Source of the DNA: Gammaproteobacteria bacterium
GTDB taxonomy: Bacteria > Pseudomonadota > Gammaproteobacteria > Eutrophobiales > Eutrophobiaceae
Length of the DNA: 50,398 nt
Direction of reading: 5' to 3'
Assembly (NCBI GenBank): GCA_047620145.1
Contig: JBLHKO010000005.1
Coordinates: 1 to 50,398 of the forward strand
This document shows, piece after piece, positions 43,160 through 50,398 of the stretch (positions within the stretch are counted from its first letter, which is position 1; each line of letters begins with the position of its first letter). Below the pieces are notes generated by a model. That model ran no database searches. It was given only the letters and a program-made list of their open reading frames with translations, and was not told where the DNA came from. The position numbers and the translations under genes are program-made.

Positions 43160-44311
43160 TTATTCTGGTCGGTTAATGGTTGCTTTAATTCTGATGTCTT
43201 GGCCGATCGTTCTGATATCGGAAAAATTTAATACAACTCGATCTGACATATCTTCGATCATCGGTAACTGAAACAAACCTTTTGCATCCTGACCTAATAA
43301 TGTTGGCGCGAGATAAATAATCACCTCGTCAATAAAACCTGCCTGCAACATTTCGCCAGATAATGTCGACCCCGTCTCTAGAAGAATCTCGTTAATCTCT
43401 TTTTCTTTTGCTAAATAATTTAATACATATTGGTAAAATTCAACACCTCTTTTTACATCAACAGCGACGAGTTCAACTCCGATATTTTCAAGTTTATTTT
43501 TCTTCTCTTCATCCTCTGATGCATGAAAAATAATTACATCACCTGGCAAGGTTAATATTTTTGCATCAACGGGGATATCAAGCCTGGAATCGAGTATGAC
43601 TCTTAATGGTTGCTTTCCGTTCTCTTCCCATTCCTCTGCAGTCCAGCCAAATGCCTCAGGTGACCTGACATTCATTGATGGATCATCTTCTATAACGGTG
43701 CGAGCCCCAGTCATGACTGCAGAACTGCTTGCACGTAATTTCTGTACATCCATTCTGGATTCTTCACTACTTATCCAATTGCTATCTCCATTGTGTAGTG
43801 CCGTTTTTCCATCAAGACTCATCGCTAGTTTACATCTTACGAACGGGCGTCCGTGCTTCATGCGCATTTCAAAACCAGGATTTAGTTCTCGTGCTTGTAT
43901 CTCCATCAAACCGCTTGTTGTTTCAATACCAGCAGCATTTAATTGCTGCATCCCTTTACCCGCCACGAGTGGATTTGGATCAATAGTTGCTGCCACAACT
44001 TTCTTGATACCTGCAGCAATCAACGCTTCTGTGCAGGGTAATGTCCGACCATGATGTGCGCATGGCTCAAGTGTTACATAGCACGTAGCCCCTGTGACAT
44101 TCTCCAAAGCATTATTCTCAGATATATTTTTCAGTGCTACGATTTCAGCGTGTGCTTGTCCCGCTTTAAGATGCCATCCTTCAGCCAAGACAATATCGTC
44201 CTTGACGATAACACAACCTACACGGGGATTCGGATCGGTACTATAAAGACCACGCCGCGCAATTTGTAAAGCGCGCGACATATGAAGATAGTCTGAGGCA
44301 GTCCACATCAA
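43160..44311 (-). CDS. ribD: Riboflavin biosynthesis deaminase/reductase
   Basis: [31 protein letters not shown]. Confidence 0.97.
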   Translation of the reverse strand: MMWTASDYLHMSRALQIARRGLYSTDPNPRVGCVIVKDDIVLAEGWHLKAGQAHAEIVALKNISENNALENVTGATCYVTLEPCAHHGRTLPCTEALIAAGIKKVVAATIDPNPLVAGKGMQQLNAAGIETTSGLMEIQARELNPGFEMRMKHGRPFVRCKLAMSLDGKTALHNGDSNWISSEESRMDVQKLRASSSAVMTGARTVIEDDPSMNVRSPEAFGWTAEEWEENGKQPLRVILDSRLDIPVDAKILTLPGDVIIFHASEDEEKKNKLENIGVELVAVDVKRGVEFYQYVLNYLAKEKEINEILLETGSTLSGEMLQAGFIDEVIIYLAPTLLGQDAKGLFQLPMIEDMSDRVVLNFSDIRTIGQDIRIKATINRPE

Positions 44312-44820
44312 TTCTCTTCACCATCAGACTTTAATAAATCAAGCTGGCTTTCCTTTATCTCAGGAGGCAAATCATTTTCTAAACGTTCAATTTCATCAAG
44401 GAATGCACGCACATCTTCGAAACTTCTATAGACAGATGCAAAACGCACATAGGCGACTTGATCAAGTATTCGTAATTGTTCCATCACCCAATCACCAAGT
44501 TTGCGAGATTTAACTTCTCGTTCCCCTTCGGTCCTGAGCTTATGTTTAATCTGTGCAATTGCAATTTCTAACCTATCCATAGCCACAGGTCGTTTTTCGA
44601 TAGCGCGCAACATGCCTGCACGAAGCTTGCCTTCGTTAAACGGTTCACGACGACCATCCGATTTCAAAATTCTTGGCAAGTTTAGTTCGGCAGATTCGTA
44701 AGTCGTAAAACGTTCTTTACATTTCGTGCATTCGCGACGACGACGAATCTGATCGCCTTCACCCACCAGACGAGAATCAATGACGCGTGTATCCATGTCA
44801 GAACAAAATGGACATCGCAT
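44308..44820 (-). CDS. nrdR: Transcriptional repressor NrdR
   Basis: [28 protein letters not shown]. Confidence 0.98.
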   Translation of the reverse strand: MRCPFCSDMDTRVIDSRLVGEGDQIRRRRECTKCKERFTTYESAELNLPRILKSDGRREPFNEGKLRAGMLRAIEKRPVAMDRLEIAIAQIKHKLRTEGEREVKSRKLGDWVMEQLRILDQVAYVRFASVYRSFEDVRAFLDEIERLENDLPPEIKESQLDLLKSDGEEN

Positions 44821-44912
44821 TCATCTACCCTCCTCATTTAACAGAATTATAATTAGATACTTCAATATTTCCCCTAATCAACGACGCACTTCAACGAGTC
44901 ACTTCTAACGAG

Positions 44913-44940
44913 ACAGGGGATCGTATGAACGATCCCCTGT
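44913..44940. repeat. Perfect 12-4-12 hairpin downstream of glyA
   Basis: ACAGGGGATCGT-ATGA-ACGATCCCCTGT; no U-tract on either side. Confidence 0.7.
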
Positions 44941-44978
44941 AAGCCATGACTACGAGTATTACGAATATAACGAATCAA

Positions 44979-46229
44979 CTATCCGTAAAGTGGCCGACGT
45001 TTACAAAGTGCAAGAACTTCACCTTTAACCCGTTCAATCACACTTTCATCACCCATATTGTCCATAATGTCACAAATCCAGTTAGCAACCTGCTTACAAT
45101 CGGCTTCATCAAAACCACGTGTTGTGATTGATGGTGTACCAACACGAATACCACTGGTTACAAAAGGTGATTGTGGATCATTTGGAACTGCATTTTTGTT
45201 GCAGGTGATATTGGCACGACCGATGGCTGCATCAACTTCCTTACCTGTCAGTCCTTTTTCAATCATATCTACCAGAAACAGATGATTGTCTGTGCCACCA
45301 GAAACAATTTTCAGACCACGTTCAACGAAAGTATCTGCCATAGCGACAGCATTCTTTTTGACCTGTTGAATATAAGTCTTGAAACTAGGTTCCAGACATT
45401 CTTTGAAGGCAACTGCTTTTGCAGCAATGGTATGCATATGCGGACCACCCTGATAGGCAGGAAAGACCATGAAGTTAATCTTCTTTTGAATTTCTTCATT
45501 GGCTTTACCCATAATAATTCCTGAGCGTGGGCCACGTAATGTCTTGTGTGTGGTCGATGTTGTCACGTCAGCAATCTGTACCGGACTTGGATATTCACCT
45601 GTGGCGCAAAGACCAGCGACATGAGCAATATCAGCAACCATAATGGCGCCTACTTTGTCTGATATCTCGCGGAAGCGTTCCCAGTCAACAATACGTGAAT
45701 AGGCGGAAAAACCAGTCATAATCAATTTTGGTTTGTGTTCTAAGGCTAATTCTTCAGCCTGATCGTAATCAATATAGCCTTTGTCATCTAGACCATACTG
45801 AACAGCATCATAGATCCGCCCTGAAACATTCACTGAAGCACCATGGGTTAAATGACCCCCATGCGCCAGGCTCATGCCCATGATTTTATCGCCAGGGTTA
45901 ATCAAAGCCAGATACACAGCACCATTGGCTTGTGAACCAGAATGCGGTTGTACATTCACCCAATCAGCACCAAACAGTTCTTTAGCACGATCGATGGCTA
46001 ATTGTTCGGCAATGTCCACAAATTCGCAACCGCCGTAATAGCGTTTGCCTGGATAGCCTTCAGCATATTTATTGGTTAAATAAGAACCCTGACATTCCAT
46101 CACACGTGGGCTTGTCATATTCTCTGAGGCAATCAGCTCAATGTGGTTTTCCTGACGCACACGCTCTGAATCCATTGCGCTCCAGAGTTCATCGTCGTAA
46201 CCGGCAACTTTCATATCTTTAGTAAACAT
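44979..46229 (-). CDS. glyA: Serine hydroxymethyltransferase
   Basis: [33 protein letters not shown]. Confidence 0.98.
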   Translation of the reverse strand: MFTKDMKVAGYDDELWSAMDSERVRQENHIELIASENMTSPRVMECQGSYLTNKYAEGYPGKRYYGGCEFVDIAEQLAIDRAKELFGADWVNVQPHSGSQANGAVYLALINPGDKIMGMSLAHGGHLTHGASVNVSGRIYDAVQYGLDDKGYIDYDQAEELALEHKPKLIMTGFSAYSRIVDWERFREISDKVGAIMVADIAHVAGLCATGEYPSPVQIADVTTSTTHKTLRGPRSGIIMGKANEEIQKKINFMVFPAYQGGPHMHTIAAKAVAFKECLEPSFKTYIQQVKKNAVAMADTFVERGLKIVSGGTDNHLFLVDMIEKGLTGKEVDAAIGRANITCNKNAVPNDPQSPFVTSGIRVGTPSITTRGFDEADCKQVANWICDIMDNMGDESVIERVKGEVLALCKRRPLYG

Positions 46230-46594
46230 GTTCTTCCTCTCGCTAATAATAATTATATTTGAATTAAATCAGTCCATTAGCAATAAAGATTCTGCCCGAT
46301 AGCACTAAGGGCTCTTTTGGCCACTTTTATACGGATTTGTCTGCAAGAATCATCCACCAGAGTAGCAAATAATAGCTTTTAATGCATTGTTAATATTAGG
46401 ATTATCAGAAATCACAAGCATTTGGAGAATTGATAAATAGTGGCAAACAACGTCCTTTGCCAAAATACTCCTGAAATAATAATCAGTTGATTTTCAATGT
46501 ATTATCAGGCATTTTTCCGCGGCAGCTGATCATCAATACAATCACAATCAATGTCTCACACGGCACTCACTGACTCTAGACAAATTAAAAGATT

Positions 46595-47152
46595 ATGGAA
46601 CTCGCTGAAATTATACGAATTCAGGCAGAAGCAGATTTGATTTACTCATTTGAAGAAATTGAAGCGGCTATCGAAAGAATGGCAGAAGAAATTACGCTCG
46701 AACTCGCCGACAAGAACCCGATAGTCCTGTGTCTGATGATAGGTGCCGTGATCCCCACAGGCAAATTGCTACCACTGTTAAATTTTCCGCTACAAGTCGA
46801 ATACGTTCATGCCACGCGATATCAAGGTGAAACCAATGGCGGCGAATTGCACTGGATTAGAAAACCCACTATCGAACTCCAAGACAGACATGTTTTGATT
46901 GTTGATGATATTCTCGATGAAGGCACGACCTTAAAGGCAATCGTTGACGAATGTAAAAGCCAACAGGCAAAAACAATTCAGACTGCCGTGTTGGCAGACA
47001 AACAATTAAATAGAGAACGAACATTTAAGCAAGCGGACTTCACTGGCGTAATGGTTCCCAATCGTTATGTCTTTGGTTACGGCATGGACTACAAGGAATA
47101 TTTACGCAATGCACCAGGCATCTACGCAGTTAAACCTGGAACCCGCAGTTGA
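46595..47152 (+). CDS. hpt: Hypoxanthine-guanine phosphoribosyltransferase
   Basis: VLIVDDILDEGTTL PRPP motif, YVFGYGMDY. The last codons are supplied by MITE C. Confidence 0.93.
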   Translation: MELAEIIRIQAEADLIYSFEEIEAAIERMAEEITLELADKNPIVLCLMIGAVIPTGKLLPLLNFPLQVEYVHATRYQGETNGGELHWIRKPTIELQDRHVLIVDDILDEGTTLKAIVDECKSQQAKTIQTAVLADKQLNRERTFKQADFTGVMVPNRYVFGYGMDYKEYLRNAPGIYAVKPGTRS

Positions 47153-47371
47153 CCGCTACAAAATAGGCTAGCATGAGAATAAGAACAACAATGTTATTAC
47201 TTTTGAATTCACACTCAGAGCGAAGACGCTACAGCATGTATAGCAGCCCTGTTTGCTCGTCTGGCTATGCGAAAAAACTCACTAAGGGAGCGGCCATTAG
47301 CTCATTTTTTCACTACACCAACCAAGCAAACAGAACCACTCTACACGCTGTCCAACTGCGGGTTCCAGGTT
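47133..47371. mobile_element. MITE C (239 bp, perfect 19-bp terminal inverted repeats)
   Basis: AACCTGGAACCCGCAGTTG (47133-47151) / CAACTGCGGGTTCCAGGTT (47353-47371); interior with no recognisable gene, between hpt and mtnP. Confidence 0.85.
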
Positions 47372-47377
47372 AGACTT

Positions 47378-48121
47378 ATGAATAAAATTGCAATCATTGG
47401 TGGCACAGGCCTCACGTCACTTACAGGTGTCGAAATATCCGAGACAAGAGAAGTCGAGACACCTTATGGAAGTCCTTCCAGTGCCCTGAGTTTTGGAATT
47501 GTTGGCAAACAGGAAATCATTTTTCTACCAAGACATGGCAACCCGCACACTATCCCGCCACACAAAATAAATTATCGTGCGAATATTCACGCACTCAAAG
47601 AAAACGGTGTAGAAAATATTATTGCTGTTAACGCAGTGGGTGGAATAACGTCGGAGATGCGTCCCGGAAGAATAGTGATTCCTGAACAAACTATTGATTA
47701 TACCTATGGCAGACATCAGACATTTTTTGAAGATGATCTGGATAAAGTCACACACATTGATTTTACAAATCCATTCAGTAAAGATCTAAGTAAACATTTA
47801 GTAACTGCCAGTTTAATGTCTGGCACAGATGTTTTTATTGGTGGCGTGTATGCGGCAACGCAAGGGCCTCGACTAGAAACTGCCGCAGAAGTTAAAAAGT
47901 TAGAAAAAGATGGCTGCGACATCGTCGGCATGACCGGCATGCCAGAAGCAGCACTTGCCCGAGAACTGGATATTAACTACGCGTGCCTTTCTTTAGTTGT
48001 GAATTGGGCAGCTGGTAAATCAGATCAGGAAATCACCATGGAGATTATTGAAAGTAATCTTGAGAAAGGAATGGGAAAAATAAAAACAATACTTGAAGAA
48101 ACAATAAAAATAATTAGCTAA
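47378..48121 (+). CDS. mtnP: Methylthioadenosine/methylthioinosine phosphorylase (MTAP family)
   Basis: IAIIGGTG, FLPRHG..H..PPH.INYRANI, QGPRLET.AE, VGMTG.PEA. Start placed at ATG 47378. Confidence 0.93.
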   Translation: MNKIAIIGGTGLTSLTGVEISETREVETPYGSPSSALSFGIVGKQEIIFLPRHGNPHTIPPHKINYRANIHALKENGVENIIAVNAVGGITSEMRPGRIVIPEQTIDYTYGRHQTFFEDDLDKVTHIDFTNPFSKDLSKHLVTASLMSGTDVFIGGVYAATQGPRLETAAEVKKLEKDGCDIVGMTGMPEAALARELDINYACLSLVVNWAAGKSDQEITMEIIESNLEKGMGKIKTILEETIKIIS

Positions 48122-48181
48122 CGTTTAAGCTGAGTTGTTGCGCATTTTACTGCACCATCAAACTCAAACACCTTGTTAGCA
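48116..48181 (-). mobile_element. Integron attC recombination site (attC1, 66 bp)
   Basis: Minus strand: R'' TGCTAAC, 5-nt spacer AAGGT, L'' GTTTGAGT, central stem, L' ACTCAGC, 6-nt spacer TTAAAC, R' GTTAGCT. It directly follows the higA stop. Confidence 0.85.
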
Positions 48182-48469
48182 TTATTTGCTTAATGCTTTT
48201 AACACTGCTTTAGGTTCTTTTGATACAACATTCAGTAAAACCAGTGCCGGACCTTGTGGCGTTCTATCACCACGCTCCCAATGACGTAATGTGCTAACAC
48301 TAATTCCAAATGCAGATGCAAACTCGTTTTGAGACATGCCTACATTCGCTCGAATATTTTTTACATCAACAGGAGTGAATTCATGAACCACTGCTTTTCC
48401 TTTTTTGCCTTTAGAAAACTCTAGAGCTTCGTCAAGACCTTGTTTGATACTATCAAATGCTTTACTCAT
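48182..48469 (-). CDS. higA: HigA/NadS-like XRE antitoxin
   Basis: FDSIKQGL.EA N-terminus, SQ.EFA..FGISVSTLRHWERG.R.P.GPA. Confidence 0.9.
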   Translation of the reverse strand: MSKAFDSIKQGLDEALEFSKGKKGKAVVHEFTPVDVKNIRANVGMSQNEFASAFGISVSTLRHWERGDRTPQGPALVLLNVVSKEPKAVLKALSK

Positions 48470-48804
48470 TTTCGGCCTCCATAGTTCTTAATAAGTAACG
48501 GAGTAAATTTAGCAAGATCGTTACTCTCGGATTTGGTTAAATTGGATCTTTCACCTTTACCAAATAAAGTTAATAAAAATAATGGCATAGATTCATTGTG
48601 ATAGTAATAGATAACACGAACGCCACCACTTTTACCTTTGCCTTGTGCAGACCACCTTAATTTACGAATACCACCAGTTCCTTGCATGATATTGCCAGCC
48701 GCTGGGTGTGCAGCTAAATAGTTAATAAAGCTTAGTCTTTCTGTATTACTGAGTAATTTGTCAGATTTTCTCAGAAATTCAGGTAGTTCAACTATGGTTT
48801 GTAT
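48466..48804 (-). pseudogene. higB: HigB/RelE-family toxin whose start codon reads ATA
   Basis: The frame is open from 48804: (ATA)QTIVELPEFLRKSDKLL...GTGGIRKLRW...GKSGGVRVIYY. There is no ATG at the homologous N-terminus. Confidence 0.8.
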
Positions 48805-48811
48805 GGCTATA

Positions 48812-48841
48812 AGTATAATCCATTGGATTATAGATCGTCAA
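48812..48841 (-). promoter_or_regulatory. higBA promoter with perfect 9-1-9 operator
   Basis: Minus strand TTGACG, 18 bp, TATACT, 7 nt before the higB first codon. Palindrome TATAATCCA-T-TGGATTATA at 48814-48832. Confidence 0.8.
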
Positions 48842-48855
48842 TGTGGTTTTTGGGG

Positions 48856-48928
48856 TGCTAACAACCAAGCTGTGCGGCGTGAACGAAGCGCAGCTGAATT
48901 GCCGTCCACTTGCGGCGCCTTGTATACC
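48856..48928 (-). mobile_element. Degenerate attC site (attC2)
   Basis: Minus strand GGTATAC-AAGGC-GCCGCAAGTGGACGGCAATTCAGCTGCGCTTCGTTCACGCCGCACAGC-TTGGTT-GTTAGCA. R' is intact; R'' has lost its AAC. Confidence 0.72.
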
Positions 48929-49068
48929 GTACATCGTGCAGGAATAGCTTTATGTGCCGGAGCAGCGCCGGAACGCCCGAATATAGCGATGAGCAACAGT
49001 GGGCCGAGGAAAATGAGCGCCAGCGGCTCAGTTGAGATCAAGCGAACTATCTAGTCGATTGATTCTTT

Positions 49069-49359
49069 TCATTTCCACATTACATCAGAACCTTCCTTCA
49101 CTGCGGCAGTAAGCAGGTTGATAAGAGGCAATGCCCGATTAGACTGGCTCACCTGGGGTTCATCTTCATCTTCAACGGTCGGCGCTGCTTTTGCTGCTTC
49201 GACACCGGCAGTTAATCGACTCAGTGCCGCGGGCACATCAGCCGACAGTATTGCGCTGGGTACGGTGCCGCTGTGTCCCATCATTTTCAGCATGGCCTGC
49301 GCGACATCGCCAAACATGGTGATGTCGGCATAAGCATCTGTGGTAAATGTAATCAACAT
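49069..49359 (-). CDS. DUF1840-like protein
   Basis: MLITF...A.ADITMFGDVA..MLKMMGHS..VP.AI, RA.PLI.LL..A, V.W; GAGGAG RBS. Confidence 0.85.
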   Translation of the reverse strand: MLITFTTDAYADITMFGDVAQAMLKMMGHSGTVPSAILSADVPAALSRLTAGVEAAKAAPTVEDEDEPQVSQSNRALPLINLLTAAVKEGSDVMWK

Positions 49360-49421
49360 ATCGTTCTCCTCAAAATAATTATTTGACGCTTACATCGGAT
49401 AATAATTTATCTGTACACGGA

Positions 49422-49520
49422 CGCTAACAAACGTTTGGATTACGCTGTTTTTATCGTGTACTGAAACTCCTTATCTTTTTCGCCCCATCCTTACACGAGT
49501 AACATCTCGGTCAGTTAGCG
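49422..49520. other. attC-like imperfect palindrome (candidate attC3)
   Basis: CGCTAAC ... GTTAGCG perfectly complementary ends and an inner TCGTGTA/TACACGA pair; L boxes pair poorly. Confidence 0.45.
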
Positions 49521-49544
49521 GTAGCACATAGAATTTGCTTATCT

Positions 49545-50398
49545 TCATTCGTGGATATGGTCTTTTGCCACGATAGGGTTATGTCGTAAAAACAGAATTT
49601 CTACAATCAGGATAGCCAGCATTACGGCAGCAGCGACACCGACCACCAGTGGATCGCTAAATATCTTAATCCAGATGAAGCCAGCCAGAATGATCAGATC
49701 AAGGATAATGGCGACGATCAGAATACTGAGTCTTGCACCAATTTCATGCCGGAGATAACGCAGTACCCCCCAATGTACTGCCACATCCATAACCAGATAA
49801 AAGATGATGCCGAGAGCCGCTATGCGCGTCAGGTCAAAAAACATGGTCAACAGCAAACCTAAAACGACCGTATAAACGAGAGTATGCTTTTGGATGCTAC
49901 CGGGCATGCCAAAATGGCTATGCGGAACGAGTTTCATCTCGGTCAGCATTGCCAGCATCCGGGAAACCGCAAATATGCTGGCGATGATGCCGCCTGCTGT
50001 TGCCAACATGGCCAGAACAACCGTAAACCAGACGGCGTATTCGCCCAGTGCAGGCCTTGCGGCTGCGGCCAGCGAGTAATTTCTTGTTTCGATAATTTCC
50101 TGAAGTGACAGATTACTTGCGACAGAAAAACCCACCAGTGTATAAATTACAACACAAAGAGCGATGGAGATCATGATGGCTCTGCCCACATTTTGGTGCG
50201 GGTCTTTCAACTCCGAGCCACTGTTGGTAATCGTGGTGAAACCCTTAAAGGCCAGGATACCGAGCGCCGTTGCGCCGATAAAGCCAGTCATTGAGGCGTC
50301 AGGAACCGCTGTTGAGAAATTTACTTCCACCTTATCGGCCACCATTACGCCGACGACGCCAAACAAAATGATGCCACCAATCTTGATAAAGCCGAGCA
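49545..50398 (-). CDS. APC-family amino acid permease (5' end outside window)
   Basis: ILAFKGFTTITNSGSE..DP..N..RAI, SIFAVSRML. The frame is open to the window edge. Confidence 0.88.
   Translation of the reverse strand, partial: LGFIKIGGIILFGVVGVMVADKVEVNFSTAVPDASMTGFIGATALGILAFKGFTTITNSGSELKDPHQNVGRAIMISIALCVVIYTLVGFSVASNLSLQEIIETRNYSLAAAARPALGEYAVWFTVVLAMLATAGGIIASIFAVSRMLAMLTEMKLVPHSHFGMPGSIQKHTLVYTVVLGLLLTMFFDLTRIAALGIIFYLVMDVAVHWGVLRYLRHEIGARLSILIVAIILDLIILAGFIWIKIFSDPLVVGVAAAVMLAILIVEILFLRHNPIVAKDHIHE

Noticed and set aside
44913-44940. Rho-independent terminator for glyA
   Set aside because: Strong stem but no U-tract on the transcribed strand; kept only as a hairpin.
46230-46594. 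ZTP or glycine riboswitch upstream of glyA; TGGCAAA-N8-TTTGCCA palindrome at 46441-46462 as a sigma54 or PurR site
   Set aside because: Conserved riboswitch cores were not found. The palindrome spacing does not fit sigma54 or PurR and is too short to support on its own.
47173-47377. 66-aa ORF and the 37-aa N-terminal extension of MtnP
   Set aside because: Both derive from the MITE C interior; MTAP homology begins at ATG 47378.
48758-49054. 98-aa plus-strand ORF
   Set aside because: Spans the higBA promoter and attC2, antisense to the cassette; no homology cues.

Overview
A low-GC gammaproteobacterial chromosome segment that is mostly core genes: the 14-gene nuoA-N complex I operon, thiC with a TPP riboswitch, tRNA-Leu(GAG)-secG-tpiA, rluB-scpB-scpA-trpS-yciO, yciB-yciI-bolA-dam-dapE, class I fumarase, glyA-nrdR-ribD-ribE-ribBX-ribH-nusB-thiL and hpt-mtnP. 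The interesting signal is accessory and non-coding. (1) At the right end, an integron-type attC cassette cluster with no integrase in the window is docked on the mtnP stop codon. It carries a HigBA cassette whose toxin start codon reads ATA. (2) There are three MITE/ERIC-like elements. One equals a shorter sibling plus three nested hairpin modules (48, 48 and 26 bp), and two supply the stop codons of housekeeping genes. (3) An AhpD-like/thioredoxin/NemR-like TetR module has a perfect 15-4-15 operator. (4) A block between tRNA-Leu and nuoA holds hipBA with four helically phased operators, thiC, a LysR remnant and a Ser/Thr kinase gene with two in-frame stops. (5) A heptamer-repeat hairpin lies inside the nuo operon. 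All calls are by eye, from motifs and synteny; no searches were run and novelty is not established.
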